Shown here piece by piece: positions 35,942 through 46,338 of a stretch of 64,000 nt of DNA. The position numbers and the translations under genes are program-made. Origin of the DNA: an uncultured Acidimicrobiales bacterium. GTDB lineage: Bacteria; Actinomycetota; Acidimicrobiia; Acidimicrobiales; SHLQ01. Where the stretch lies: positions 24,296 through 88,295 of the forward strand of contig CALHTF010000008.1 in the NCBI GenBank assembly GCA_938038815.1, given 5' to 3'. The first letter of the stretch is position 1. The number at the start of each line of letters is the position of its first letter. The notes under the pieces were generated by a model that was not told the origin of the DNA, made no database searches, and saw only the letters and a list, made by a program, of their open reading frames with translations.

Positions 35942-37254
35942 CGAATGGTCAGCGCACCTGAGGTCACGATCTCCACCCAGGTGACACCGGGGGTGAGCTC
36001 GATGACTCGGCCGTCGGGTCGGGTCAAGGTCGCCACGTCGGCCAAGGTGGGCCGAGTCCACACGCCGCGGAGCACCTTGCCGTCGCTAAAGACCGTTGCC
36101 GGCCCGGTACCGACATAGACGTATTCGGGGACTACACCGCCTGCCGAATCTTTCAGACCGGTTGGGACCTCTGCCACCTCGACCACCACCACGTTCGCCG
36201 CGGCGAGCTGCGCCCCATCGGTGGTTACGTGCGCAGCGCCGCCTTGTTCGCGAAGCCATCGGTCGCCGCTCCAGGTCCACGAGACTCGGTTCGAAGGAAA
36301 CGCAATGGTCGCGCCATCGGCTGGTGATCCCGCCGATTCGGCGTCGCTCTCGCGGTACGCGAACTGGGCCGGCGTCGGTGCCTGGCGAGCACTCGCCCAC
36401 AGCTGGTCGGTGGAGGTGTACAAGTTGTGGGGAGCGGAGCGGCCAGCACCTCGCCAGTAGCCACCGAAGCGATTGGCCCCCAAGTTCTGCACGCGTTCTT
36501 GGGCGCCGAGTAATGCTTCGGTGACCTCGTTAGCGCCCGAGTACGCAAGCACCGGGTTGCCGAGCGCACTCAGGTAGCTGATGTCGGTCGTTCGGCCCGA
36601 ACGCACCGGACCAACCTCGCCTCCGGCGGTGTGGAACACCGCCGCCAAACGGGTGATGCCCCATTCGACCTCTTCCTCAAAGATCAGGTCGGCTTCGTGT
36701 AGCCCGGTTTGGGGACGAGCCTTGCCGCTATTGTCGATCTTGATCACGATCGGCGCTCGATCGATCGGTCCCGACGCCAACCCGGTAAGCGGTGCAGTAC
36801 CAGCCCTGGCGACCGGCGCTGAGGCGACCGACGGGCTAACCGCTTCGTTGAGGCCTAGGCGGCCCAGGATCCCCTGGTAGAGGGTCGTTGGGTCAGCGGA
36901 GATACGAGGAACCGTGGGCGGGGGCGCCACCGGATCCAGAGCTTGCGAGGTTGAAGGCGCCGAAGGCTCGGTCGGCACCACAAAGTCTTCAGGCAGCCGG
37001 AAGCCGTCGGCGAACACCTCTACGGTCGTGGCGGGAATTTGCGTAGTGGGAGATGGCGTCGTCGGGCCCGCATTGGTGCTATCGCCGGTGAGCTCCGCCG
37101 CGGTCGCCTGAACCTCTCGCGGCTCGGCCGGAGCGAGGCTGTTGGGCACCCCGGGGGCATTGTTTGCACACGCCGCTCCCCCGAGCGCAGCCACCACCAG
37201 CAGCGCTATGCACGCGGGGTGGTAACGGCGAAGCGTTGGGGCAGCGTTCCTCAC
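35938..37254 (-). CDS. DUF3048-domain lipoprotein
   Basis: It has a lipobox-like LGGAAC and a DUF3048-type core (VIKIDNSGKARPQTGLHEADLIFEEEVEWGITRLAAVFH). I chose the start at GTG 37254, because the longer ORF is Arg-rich and implausible. Confidence 0.7.
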   Translation of the reverse strand: MRNAAPTLRRYHPACIALLVVAALGGAACANNAPGVPNSLAPAEPREVQATAAELTGDSTNAGPTTPSPTTQIPATTVEVFADGFRLPEDFVVPTEPSAPSTSQALDPVAPPPTVPRISADPTTLYQGILGRLGLNEAVSPSVASAPVARAGTAPLTGLASGPIDRAPIVIKIDNSGKARPQTGLHEADLIFEEEVEWGITRLAAVFHTAGGEVGPVRSGRTTDISYLSALGNPVLAYSGANEVTEALLGAQERVQNLGANRFGGYWRGAGRSAPHNLYTSTDQLWASARQAPTPAQFAYRESDAESAGSPADGATIAFPSNRVSWTWSGDRWLREQGGAAHVTTDGAQLAAANVVVVEVAEVPTGLKDSAGGVVPEYVYVGTGPATVFSDGKVLRGVWTRPTLADVATLTRPDGRVIELTPGVTWVEIVTSGALTIR

Positions 37255-37310
37255 CGTGTTCCATCGGCATGGCCGCACACGGTTGTAGCGGCGGCGATGG
37301 GGTCGCGACC

Positions 37311-37724
37311 CTACGAATCCGCTTGCTGGCCACCCTCGGGTGCTTGCGACAGTTCGAGAGCCACGAGTGCCCGTGCGTGTTCGACCACCCAATCGATCCC
37401 GCTGGGCAAGTCGGTGCCCCCATCCGACGTGCGCTCGAGGTCATCGAGGGCCAGACGCAATTGCAGGCGGGTCGATTCGTATCGCTCGAAGGTTGCCCGA
37501 TCGATGACGATCCGGTTCGGGTCCCGCCCCGCACCGACTGCGGTCCGGCGTTCGATGTAGTGCTGCTGGCGGCAACTTTGGCTGCAATATTGGCGAGGGC
37601 GGCCTGGGCCTTTGGTGGCGAGAAATACCGTGCCGCACCAACGACAGGGTCGTCCGTCGGAGCTGGTTTCGATGCGGTTGCGGGGAGTGTTCGCCGCGGG
37701 AGCCATGGCAAACCCTATACCCAC
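37311..37724 (-). CDS. Small zinc-ribbon protein, function unknown
   Basis: It has CxxC...CxxxC (RPCRWCGTVF...GRPRQYCSQSCRQQHY) followed by a helical acidic tail. Codon usage matches the neighbours. Confidence 0.55.
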   Translation of the reverse strand: MGIGFAMAPAANTPRNRIETSSDGRPCRWCGTVFLATKGPGRPRQYCSQSCRQQHYIERRTAVGAGRDPNRIVIDRATFERYESTRLQLRLALDDLERTSDGGTDLPSGIDWVVEHARALVALELSQAPEGGQQADS

Positions 37725-37773
37725 GCCCCCAGCCGGTTAGAGGGTTTTCGCTTCGCTGGGCGAGACTTGGCGA

Positions 37774-38946
37774 GTGAAAGCGCTTTTGTTCGAACGCAAA
37801 GAACTCAAATATGTCGCCGCGGCCTTATCGTCGCGGCTGAGCCCCGGGAGCGGGGCCGCCACCGGACCGTTACGGCTGGCGACCATCGACCAGCCCGACC
37901 TGCCAGCCGAAGGGTGGGAAGTGCTCAAGCCGCGCCTCACCGGCATTTGCGGCAGCGACATCGCGACCGTCGAAGGCAAGTCGAGCCGCTATTTCGAACC
38001 GCTGGTCTCGTTCCCGTTTGTGCCCGGCCACGAGGTCGTCGCCGATCTCGAATCTGGGCAACGGGTTGCGCTCGAGCCGGTGCTCGGCCCCGCCGCCCGC
38101 GGCGAAACCCCGCCGTCGCCCGACGCTCCCCCCGGCGACGCTCCGGATTACGGGTATCTTTCGTGCGATCATCACGTCGAGGCTGGAATCCAAGTCGGCT
38201 ACTGCGCCACCACCGGTGGTGGCTGGGGTACCCACCTGGTCGCCCATCAAAGCCAACTGCACGACGTGCCCGACGAGATGTCGGACGAAGCGGCCGTCAT
38301 GGTTGAACCAACGGCGACCGGTGTACATGCGGCGCTGAAGGGAAACATCTCCTCGGACAACACCGTGGCGATCCTCGGTGCCGGAACCATGGGGCTGTGC
38401 ACGCTCGCGGCAATCGATGCGTACTCCCCCGCCGGCCAGGTGATCATCGGCGCCAAATACCCGGTGCAGAAGGACTTGGCGGCTGAACTCGGCGCATCGG
38501 CGGTGGTCGAGCCACGCGAACTCAAACGCGCGGTGCGCCGAGCATCGGGTTGTCGGATGATCGGCGAACACCTCGCCGGAGGCGCCGACGTCACCATCGA
38601 CGCCGTCGGCACCGCACAGTCGCTCGCCGAGGCGATCGCCATCACCCGCCCACGGGGTCGCATCGTGCTCCTCGGCATGCCCGGGGTTACCAAGATCGAT
38701 CTCACGCCGCTGTGGCACCGCGAGATCGAACTCGTGGGTTCCTACACCTACGGTTCGGAAACCCTCGTCGACGGCACCGAGACCTCGAGTTTCGCTATGG
38801 CCTTCGACCTGGTTCGCTCGGCGCGCCTCGATCGTCTGGTGTCCGCCGCCTACCCGCTCACCCGCTACCGCGAAGCAATCAAGCACGCGGCCGAAGCCGG
38901 CCACCGGGGAGCGATCAAAGTGGTGTTCGATCAACGTGCCGGCTGA
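37774..38946 (+). CDS. Zn-dependent medium-chain dehydrogenase/reductase (threonine/sorbitol dehydrogenase-like)
   Basis: It has GICGSD near the N-terminus, the catalytic-zinc region PGHEVV and a Rossmann motif AILGAGTMG. Confidence 0.85.
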   Translation: MKALLFERKELKYVAAALSSRLSPGSGAATGPLRLATIDQPDLPAEGWEVLKPRLTGICGSDIATVEGKSSRYFEPLVSFPFVPGHEVVADLESGQRVALEPVLGPAARGETPPSPDAPPGDAPDYGYLSCDHHVEAGIQVGYCATTGGGWGTHLVAHQSQLHDVPDEMSDEAAVMVEPTATGVHAALKGNISSDNTVAILGAGTMGLCTLAAIDAYSPAGQVIIGAKYPVQKDLAAELGASAVVEPRELKRAVRRASGCRMIGEHLAGGADVTIDAVGTAQSLAEAIAITRPRGRIVLLGMPGVTKIDLTPLWHREIELVGSYTYGSETLVDGTETSSFAMAFDLVRSARLDRLVSAAYPLTRYREAIKHAAEAGHRGAIKVVFDQRAG

Positions 38947-38965
38947 CGAGGGGTAACCGCAGTAC

Positions 38966-39526
38966 ATGGCGCCGACCGCTGTCGTACCCGAGCGCGGCAA
39001 GTTGCTCATCGCCCGGCCGATGTCGCTCGACGCCAACTTCGACCAAACCGTCGTCTTGTTGATCGAACATAACGACGAAGGTTCGTTGGGCGTGGTGCTC
39101 AACCGTCCCCTCGATATGGCGGTCAGTGACGCGCTGGCGGACTGGTCGGAGGTAGCGGCGGGGCCGAGTGTGGTCTTTGCCGGAGGCCCCGTGGGTCAAG
39201 GTTCGGTGCTCGCGGTGGGTGAGGCACCGCCCGACGACGCACCCGACGGCTTCGCCCGGTTCGCCGGTCCGCTCGGCGTGATCGATCTCGCCGCCGAGCC
39301 TCCGCCAGCGAGCTTTCGACGCGTACGGATATTTTCGGGGTATTCAGGCTGGGGGCCTGGACAACTCGCCGATGAGTTGTCGGTCGACGCCTGGTTTGTG
39401 GTCGACGCCCAACCCGACGACGCCTTTACCGGCACGCCAAGCGACCTGTGGTCGGCTGTACTGCGCCGCCAAGGCGGCTCGTTGGGTCGAGTCGGCCTGT
39501 TTCCGACCGACCCGCAGTTGAACTAG
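38966..39526 (+). CDS. YqgE/AlgH-family protein (UPF0301)
   Basis: It has the typical pattern LLIARPMSLDANFDQTVVLLIEHNDEGSLGVVLNRP ... GGPV ... FSGYSGWGPGQL. Confidence 0.85.
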   Translation: MAPTAVVPERGKLLIARPMSLDANFDQTVVLLIEHNDEGSLGVVLNRPLDMAVSDALADWSEVAAGPSVVFAGGPVGQGSVLAVGEAPPDDAPDGFARFAGPLGVIDLAAEPPPASFRRVRIFSGYSGWGPGQLADELSVDAWFVVDAQPDDAFTGTPSDLWSAVLRRQGGSLGRVGLFPTDPQLN

Positions 39527-40689
39527 CTCGTAACGTCCCAATACCGGCGGATCTCGGCGACGAGCAGGTCGGCGACCCAACTGGCCCCCTTGGGCGTAAA
39601 GTGCACGCCGTCGCCCGAGCGGACACGAACATCGGAGCCCGACGAGTCGGTGACATAGGCGGCAAAGGTCCCGTTCGGGGCAAAGATGGCATCGACCGGC
39701 ACGACCCGTACCCACGGTCGCCCGGCAGCGGCGTCTCGAACGTCCTGATTGAGCCGCCCCAGCGCAGCGCTGGTCTCGCCGTCTCGAATCGGTGGGGGCG
39801 CCACCCACAACACTTGGCGGTTGGGCGATTGGAGAAGATCGAGGGTCACTTCGATCCGTCGACGGTACTCCTCGAACCACTCGTCTGATCCCCGAACGAG
39901 TCGTTGGCCATCGAGTTCCATGTCCTGGTAGTCGTTGCCGCCGAAGAACAGCACGACCGCCTCGACCTCGTCGTCGATGGTGGCCAGTTGGGCGGGCCAG
40001 TTGAAATAGTCGGGTCGGGCGAGGCCGGTCGCAATCCGCGAGTCGACGTCGACGGTGAAGGGCAACTTCCCAGTGACCGACCGGTTCGTCAGCGCTTGGC
40101 CGGGAAATTCTGCTTGAGAGTCGCCGGCGACAAACACGTTGAGCGGTGCTTGTTCGGTGACCGTGCGATACGGCTCGGGAACAACGGTGGTTGGCACGGT
40201 CGCTGGCGCTTCGGCGGCCGGTTCTTCAACCTCGGTAACCGGGGCCACGGTGGGCTCGGGACCGGCCGACGACGCTCCCTCACCGGGGGTCGTTATCGCC
40301 AGTGGATCGACGAGCGGTTCCGGGTCGCCGAATCGAATGCGGTGCACGAGGTCGCCCGGCCGGTTGAGCGACAAGAAGTTCGCCACGCGATCAATGGGCT
40401 CGGCAATCGCCAGCATGGCGTCTCGCGACGATCCGTAGTCGCGCCGCTCGGCGGCCGATACCAGATTGCCCGACGTCAACAAGGCCGCGATACCGAGGCA
40501 AAGGCCAACGGCGACCAGAACTTGTCGGGTGCTGATCGACTCGATACGAAGGTCGTCATCTCGCTGGGCGCGAAACTCCTCGTCGGTCCAGCGGTGAACC
40601 GCCGGCCCGGTCCGGCGAGTCGATGCCCGCTCGAGCGATTCGCTGAACTTCACCCTGTCATAGTGCCAACGAAGCCGCCCGAGTGACAA
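39523..40689 (-). CDS. Membrane-anchored SGNH/GDSL-fold hydrolase (DUF459-like)
   Basis: It has an N-terminal TM, then SGNH blocks: I VFVAGDSQAE, III LFFGGNDYQD and V GDGVHFT. Confidence 0.8.
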   Translation of the reverse strand: MSLGRLRWHYDRVKFSESLERASTRRTGPAVHRWTDEEFRAQRDDDLRIESISTRQVLVAVGLCLGIAALLTSGNLVSAAERRDYGSSRDAMLAIAEPIDRVANFLSLNRPGDLVHRIRFGDPEPLVDPLAITTPGEGASSAGPEPTVAPVTEVEEPAAEAPATVPTTVVPEPYRTVTEQAPLNVFVAGDSQAEFPGQALTNRSVTGKLPFTVDVDSRIATGLARPDYFNWPAQLATIDDEVEAVVLFFGGNDYQDMELDGQRLVRGSDEWFEEYRRRIEVTLDLLQSPNRQVLWVAPPPIRDGETSAALGRLNQDVRDAAAGRPWVRVVPVDAIFAPNGTFAAYVTDSSGSDVRVRSGDGVHFTPKGASWVADLLVAEIRRYWDVTS

Positions 40690-40766
40690 CGGCGTGACCG
40701 TTGCGCACTCGGGCGGCGAAGTTCGTTGACGTTTTTGGTGCGAGCGGACTCGCCGACTAGTTGAGG

Positions 40767-43004
40767 CTAGAAGGTCTCACACTTTTGGTTCCTGTCGTTC
40801 TTGTGAACTCCTGACGAGGCGTTCTTCACACTCGAGAGGTAGCAGCGGTCCTTGCCCGAACCACCGTTGAGTGAGTCGCCGCCCGCGCCACCGACCAACA
40901 GGTCGGCGCCCTTTTTGCCCTTGAGGGTGTCTCGGTTGCGGTCGCCGTAGAGCTTGTCGTTACCGGAGCCACCCACCAACAGGTCCTTGCCGTCGCCACC
41001 CCGGATGATGTCTTTGCCCTGATCGCCGTAGAGCTGGTCCTTGCCGGGGCCGCCACAGATGCGGTCGTTACCGCCCTTGCCCTTGATGATGTCGTTTCCG
41101 CCTAGGCCCATGATGACGTCGTTGCCGCTCGTGCCGTCGATGCGGTCGTTGCCTACGGTACCGAGGATGGTCACCGCTCGGCCCGAACACTTGAGTGCGG
41201 GGAGCACGACTTCACCGACGCCGTACACGTTGTCGGCACCCTTGGCGCCTCGGTCAGCGATGGCGGTCTTGAGGTAGGCCTCAAGCTGGGCGGGAGTAGA
41301 TGCGATTCCCGCACCGAGAACGAGCGCCGCAGTTCCGGCAACCGCCGGGGTTGACGAGCTGGTTCCGTTGAAGCAGCGGTCATAGGCGGTCACCGCCAAG
41401 CATGCCGGTCCGGAGATGTCGGGCAGGATGCGGCCGTCGTTCGACGGGCCCTGCGACGAGTACGAGGCGATGACTCGACCATCGGGCGGATCGATTGCGC
41501 CGACCGACATGTGGCCCTTGGCGTTGGCGTCGGATCCTGGACCCGAAGCGCTGTGGCGGTTCTGGGAGTACTCGAGGATGCCGTTGTTTACCGCGATCTC
41601 GAGGATGTCGCCGCTGGTGCCATTGTTGGCGGCGGCCAAGCGGATCTTCATGTAGTAGATCACCGAGCAACGAGGACCACTGATGAGCTCGAGTGGGTCC
41701 TGGCCGTTGCCTTGGGTGTCGAGGCTGGCGAATACCGGGTTACCGGTACCCGACGGGTTGTCGTAGATCAGCCAGTCGTAGTCGGTTGCGTTGGCCTGCC
41801 CCCAGTCGCTCCAGCGCAGACCGTTCATAAAGCAGGCGCTGAAGCCCATCGATTCGTCGCCGGGAGCAAACTCGAGCCAGCCGTCGTTGTCGGCATCGAC
41901 CCAGGTTCCACGCCAATATGCGCCGTAGTCGCCGGGGAGCGCCGCATTGTTGCCGGCGGAGTTGAACCAGGCAATACCGTTGGCGACCGCGTAGTCGACG
42001 ACGCTATTGAGCGGGCCGGTACCGTCGCCGGCACCGTCGTACTCTGAGGTCAACGAGCGAGAGATGATGTCGACGCCGTTGGCGATGAAGTAGTCGACAA
42101 CCGCTTTGGTGTCGGCGGTGGTTACGGCGGTGGCCAGGTACAGCTCGGCTTCGGGCGCGAGGTCGTGGATGACCTCCGCGACGCCGACACCGTGGGCGGA
42201 GCGGGGGTCGGTGATGTTGCAGACCGTGCCCTGGAAGCGGCAGATCGATCCCGAGATTCGGGGCAGGTCGCCACTGCTGATGGCGTTCGACAGGTAGGGC
42301 TCACCAAAGAAGTCGATGATGCCGATCTTGACGCCGGCGCCTTCGAGGCCCAGGTTCTGCCACGGACCGGCCTTGATGGTTCGGACGTGCTCACCCTTGA
42401 CCGAACCGCTCGTGACTGCCGCGGCAGCCTCGCTGGCGAGATCGTCGTTGGCGGCCGAGTAGACGGGGAAGGAACGGGCGGGCTTGCGCACGTCGACAAC
42501 GGTCGAAAGACTCTCGAGGCCGTCGATCATGTCGGCGGCGATTTCGGCTTGGACCAAGTGGCCGGGCACGACTCCGGTCACGGTTCCGCCCGCTGCTTCA
42601 ACAGCCGCAAGAGCTGCCGAGTCGTTGCCGGTGTGGCGAACTTCGACCACGACCATCGCCGCGCCGTCGACCGGGCTGAGATCAGAACTCGTGCTTTGCA
42701 CGCCCGACTTCGACAGGTCGGCGATGTCGCCTTCTTCGACCGCTGCTGCGGTGATTTGCCAGACGTTTGCCGGGTCGTCGGCCCCTTGGGGCACATACCA
42801 CTCAAGCTCGGACGCCGTTGCGGAGGCCGGACTGAGGGAGTCAGCGACCCCTCCGGTGTCGGCAAAGGCGTTCGGTGTGAACGCACAAACGCTCGCCATG
42901 GTGGTGAGAGCGACCATCGATCGAGCGAACTTCGATCGAGAGAATCGAGAAACAGATGCTGGATTGGACACAAATACCCCTGGAAAACAACGTGATGTCC
43001 CCAT
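40767..43004 (-). CDS. Secreted subtilisin-family (S8) serine peptidase with C-terminal RTX-type Ca2+-binding repeats
   Basis: The catalytic triad context is GIIDFF / HGVGVAEV / [11 protein letters not shown]. The C-terminus carries about ten GGxGxD-type nonapeptides ([37 protein letters not shown]...). An alternative start at GTG 42971 has an AGGGG Shine-Dalgarno. Confidence 0.9.
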   Translation of the reverse strand: MGTSRCFPGVFVSNPASVSRFSRSKFARSMVALTTMASVCAFTPNAFADTGGVADSLSPASATASELEWYVPQGADDPANVWQITAAAVEEGDIADLSKSGVQSTSSDLSPVDGAAMVVVEVRHTGNDSAALAAVEAAGGTVTGVVPGHLVQAEIAADMIDGLESLSTVVDVRKPARSFPVYSAANDDLASEAAAAVTSGSVKGEHVRTIKAGPWQNLGLEGAGVKIGIIDFFGEPYLSNAISSGDLPRISGSICRFQGTVCNITDPRSAHGVGVAEVIHDLAPEAELYLATAVTTADTKAVVDYFIANGVDIISRSLTSEYDGAGDGTGPLNSVVDYAVANGIAWFNSAGNNAALPGDYGAYWRGTWVDADNDGWLEFAPGDESMGFSACFMNGLRWSDWGQANATDYDWLIYDNPSGTGNPVFASLDTQGNGQDPLELISGPRCSVIYYMKIRLAAANNGTSGDILEIAVNNGILEYSQNRHSASGPGSDANAKGHMSVGAIDPPDGRVIASYSSQGPSNDGRILPDISGPACLAVTAYDRCFNGTSSSTPAVAGTAALVLGAGIASTPAQLEAYLKTAIADRGAKGADNVYGVGEVVLPALKCSGRAVTILGTVGNDRIDGTSGNDVIMGLGGNDIIKGKGGNDRICGGPGKDQLYGDQGKDIIRGGDGKDLLVGGSGNDKLYGDRNRDTLKGKKGADLLVGGAGGDSLNGGSGKDRCYLSSVKNASSGVHKNDRNQKCETF

Positions 43005-43102
43005 GGGTACCGTGTGAAAGATGGCTCGTCTCTAGGTCATTTAGCCCTCGTGACCAGCCCATCTGCGTCGAATGGCCCAGTTCGGCGCAGATGAATCTGG
43101 CG

Positions 43103-44611
43103 CTAAAACTGGAAGTAGATGAAGGGCGCCACGCCCTCGGGGCCCAGCGCAGCTACGACAAACAGCCACAACCCAAGCCCAACACCAAGCGCCGCCGGTG
43201 GCAGTCGGGAGACCGCCGCGCGGGCTTGCAGGCCATACAGCGGCGGCACGAGTTGGGCCGCCAGTGCGGCGACGATTGTCCCGACCACCAACGGCGTGGT
43301 CAACGTCGGCCCTTCGGTGAGTCCGCCAACCAGCGCCTGGGCGATCTCGCCGGCCCGATCGAGCGACTCGGCCCGGAACAACACCCACCCGACACACACC
43401 AGGTGAAAGGTGACGAATCGGGCGACCCAGACGTTGCGAACGCGAAGGGGGGCAAAGGGAACCGGCGAGGTGGGGTCGGCCCGCCATGGTTCGAGCTTGG
43501 TGCCGGTATGGAGCGCCGCAATCTCTTGGATGCGAATATCGGCCGCCGCGATGGGCTTGTCCGGCTCGCCCCGTACGTCGCCGGCGAACCGTTCGAGGCC
43601 CAACATCGCCCCCTGGTAGAACCCCCAGGCGATAAAGGTGCCGGCCGCGCCATGCCACAGACCGCCAAGGATCATGGTGAGGGCCAGGTTTCGGTAGGTC
43701 TTGAGCTTTGAGCCGCGGTTTCCGCCCAGCGGAAAGTAGAGATAGTCGCGTAGCCAGCGCGACAGGGTCATGTGCCAGCGCCGCCAGAAGTCCTGAAACG
43801 ACACCGCGGCGTACGGCTTGTCGAAGTTGAGCGGAAACTGGAAACCAAGGAGCAGGGCAATACCGATGGCGATGTCGGTGTAGCCACTGAAGTCGGCGTA
43901 GATCTGGATTGCATATCCATAGATGCCAAAGAGCACGTCGAGGCTGCCGAACGCTTGGGGGGTGGCGAACACGTCGTCGACGATCGCATCGGCGAGGAAG
44001 CTCGAGATGACCACCTTCTTGAACAAGCCTCGTCCAATGAGTAGCGCTGCTTCCCCGGCTTCGACCGAGTGGGCGGGGCGGCGGTCTTGCAACTGGGGCA
44101 AGAACTCGGTGGCCCGAACGATGGGGCCGGCAACGAGCTGAGGGAAGAACGCCAGATATACCGCGGCATCGAGCAGTGGGACCGGGGCTACGTCGCGTCG
44201 GTAGGTATCGATCACATAGCTCATGCCCTGGAACGTGAAGAACGAGATACCGACCGGCAAAACCACGTCGAGCAGAGGCATGGAAATGCCGAGGTTTCGG
44301 TCGAGCGATGAGATGAAGAACCCGTAGTACTTAAAGAAGCCGAGTAAACCGAGGTTGGCCGCCACCGCGGCGGTTACGAGCGCCTTGCGGGTCGACTCGT
44401 CCGAGCTTCGAAACACCGAGATCGCCGCCACCTCGTTCACGAGGGTCACGGCGATGATCAGGCCCAGAAAACGCCAATCCCACCAGCCGTAGAAAATGTA
44501 GCTGGCCACCAAGATGGCGACCTTCCAGAGCTGGGTCCGGTCACGAAGCGCCCAGCTCACCGGCAAGACCAGCGCAAAGAAGAGTGCGAAGGTGAGGGTT
44601 GGGAACAACAC
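43103..44611 (-). CDS. MBOAT-family membrane O-acyltransferase (AlgI/DltB/PatA-like)
   Basis: It has an AlgI-like N-terminus (MLFPTLTFALFF), the invariant-His region FWRRWHMTLSRWLRDYLYFPLGGNRG, and many TM helices. Confidence 0.9.
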   Translation of the reverse strand: MLFPTLTFALFFALVLPVSWALRDRTQLWKVAILVASYIFYGWWDWRFLGLIIAVTLVNEVAAISVFRSSDESTRKALVTAAVAANLGLLGFFKYYGFFISSLDRNLGISMPLLDVVLPVGISFFTFQGMSYVIDTYRRDVAPVPLLDAAVYLAFFPQLVAGPIVRATEFLPQLQDRRPAHSVEAGEAALLIGRGLFKKVVISSFLADAIVDDVFATPQAFGSLDVLFGIYGYAIQIYADFSGYTDIAIGIALLLGFQFPLNFDKPYAAVSFQDFWRRWHMTLSRWLRDYLYFPLGGNRGSKLKTYRNLALTMILGGLWHGAAGTFIAWGFYQGAMLGLERFAGDVRGEPDKPIAAADIRIQEIAALHTGTKLEPWRADPTSPVPFAPLRVRNVWVARFVTFHLVCVGWVLFRAESLDRAGEIAQALVGGLTEGPTLTTPLVVGTIVAALAAQLVPPLYGLQARAAVSRLPPAALGVGLGLWLFVVAALGPEGVAPFIYFQF

Positions 44612-44671
44612 GACGGGCCTAGTCTTGCCGGTTCTGGGCCAGAAATTTAGTCGGGCCGATTCGCCGAGTGG

Positions 44672-45538
44672 TTAGTCGGTGGCCGCCAGCTCGCCCGAAT
44701 GCTGAATAGCGTTGATTTCGGCGCCGATGAGTACCGCGACAGCCACCAGCTGGAACCACAACATGATCGCCGCGATCGTTCCCATAAGACCCGACGCGCT
44801 GTCGGCGGTGGCCGACGCATACAGACCGAACAAGTAGGTGAACAGCACGAACAGCACGGTGGCGATAATGCCTCCCAGGCTGAGCAAGGACATCTTGGGA
44901 CGGCCCTTGGGCACCACGCTGATCGGTTCGTGCGTTACGCCGACCTTCGATCCATGGTTTGGCCCGATCTGGTAGAGAACCGACAGCCCCATCATCATGA
45001 TCAGCGCCAGGATCGGGAACCGCAGCACGGCGGTAAGGGTTTCGCCCGTCGACCCAAAGTCCAGCTCCTTGGCCAGGGCGGGAAGCCCGTTCATGACGAA
45101 CATCGAGCCACCCATCACCACCAGGGTCCCGACCAACAACAACAATGCCGTTCCTCGCAGCTTGACGAAGTTGCGGTCCTCCTCGACTTCGTAGACGACG
45201 TTGAGCGCTTTCATCAGGTTGGCAACCGCGCCAGATGCGGAGAAGAACGCCACCCCGATCGAGATCAACAACGCGATAAGCCCGGCGCTTTCTTTCCCGG
45301 CTTCGACGATGCGGGTCATCTGGTCCTGCACGAAGTCCTGGGTGCTCTCGGGCTGGCTCGATAAGCCGTCTTCGACCAGGTCGATCACGTCCTGTTCGTC
45401 GGCGGCCATGCCATACGCGGTGATTGCACCGGTGAGGGTCGGGACCAACGCGAGGAAGGCAAAGAACGCGATCGCGGCGGCGAAGATAGGGGTGTTATGC
45501 CGTTTGATTCTGGCCAGAAGGGCTTTGATGAGCTTCAC
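44672..45538 (-). CDS. YihY/BrkB-family membrane protein
   Basis: The N-terminus has IFAAAIAFFAFLALVP, typical of the YihY family. It has six TM segments. Confidence 0.8.
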   Translation of the reverse strand: MKLIKALLARIKRHNTPIFAAAIAFFAFLALVPTLTGAITAYGMAADEQDVIDLVEDGLSSQPESTQDFVQDQMTRIVEAGKESAGLIALLISIGVAFFSASGAVANLMKALNVVYEVEEDRNFVKLRGTALLLLVGTLVVMGGSMFVMNGLPALAKELDFGSTGETLTAVLRFPILALIMMMGLSVLYQIGPNHGSKVGVTHEPISVVPKGRPKMSLLSLGGIIATVLFVLFTYLFGLYASATADSASGLMGTIAAIMLWFQLVAVAVLIGAEINAIQHSGELAATD

Positions 45539-45594
45539 GTCCCCAACCCTATAGTGTGAGTCAGTTCGTCGGCCGCAACTAGGGAGCCATCGTC

Positions 45595-46338
45595 GTGACT
45601 CGATTCACCGACAAAACCGCATTCGTTACCGGCGCCGCGTCGGGAATTGGTCGCGCGACCGCCCAAAAGTTGGCGAGCGAGGGGGCCACGGTGGTCGGCG
45701 CGGACATCGACGAGGCGGGTCTCGCCGAGGCGGCGGCCGAAATAGGGACCAACTTCCATCCACTGGCGGTCAACATCACCAGCCGCGACGAATGCCACAA
45801 GGCCATTTCGGAAACGGTCGCCAGCCACGGCGGTCTCGACATCTTGGCGAACGTGGCGGGGGTAGCGCGGTCCGAACATGTCGCCGATGTCACCGAGGAC
45901 CAGTGGCGACTGATGTTCGGGGTCAACGTCGACGGCATGTTCTGGTTGAGCCAGGCAGCGATCCCCCACCTGATCGAGAGTTCGGGCAATATCGTCAACA
46001 TCGCATCGAACGCTGGCCTGATGGGTCAGGCCTATTGCGTCAACTACTGCGCAACCAAAGGTGCGGTCGTGAACCTCACCAAAGCCATGGCAATGGAGTT
46101 CATGAAGACACCGATGCGCATCAACGCCGTGGCTCCCGGCGGCACCGACACGAGCCTGGTGCAGAACTACGCGCTACCCGACGACATCGACTTCAAACTC
46201 CTCATGCGGTACACGTCGGACCGCGGCATGTCCGATCCGTCGGACCTCGCCAATGTGATCTGCTTTGTCGCTTCCGACGATGCTCGCTCGATGCACGGGG
46301 CAATCATTAGCGCCGATAACGGGATTACGAGTGGCTGA
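45595..46338 (+). CDS. Short-chain dehydrogenase/reductase (SDR)
   Basis: It has TGAASGIGRA cofactor motif, NIAS...YCATK catalytic tetrad elements, and the start GTG 45595 preceded by AGGGAG. Confidence 0.9.
   Translation: MTRFTDKTAFVTGAASGIGRATAQKLASEGATVVGADIDEAGLAEAAAEIGTNFHPLAVNITSRDECHKAISETVASHGGLDILANVAGVARSEHVADVTEDQWRLMFGVNVDGMFWLSQAAIPHLIESSGNIVNIASNAGLMGQAYCVNYCATKGAVVNLTKAMAMEFMKTPMRINAVAPGGTDTSLVQNYALPDDIDFKLLMRYTSDRGMSDPSDLANVICFVASDDARSMHGAIISADNGITSG

Noticed and set aside
43060-43093. Inverted repeat CATCTGCG…CGCAGATG between the MBOAT and S8 peptidase genes, as a Rho-independent terminator
   Set aside because: It is an 8-bp stem with an 18-nt loop and no U-tract on the transcribed (minus) strand. 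That is too weak to call a terminator, so I mention it only as a possible operon boundary.
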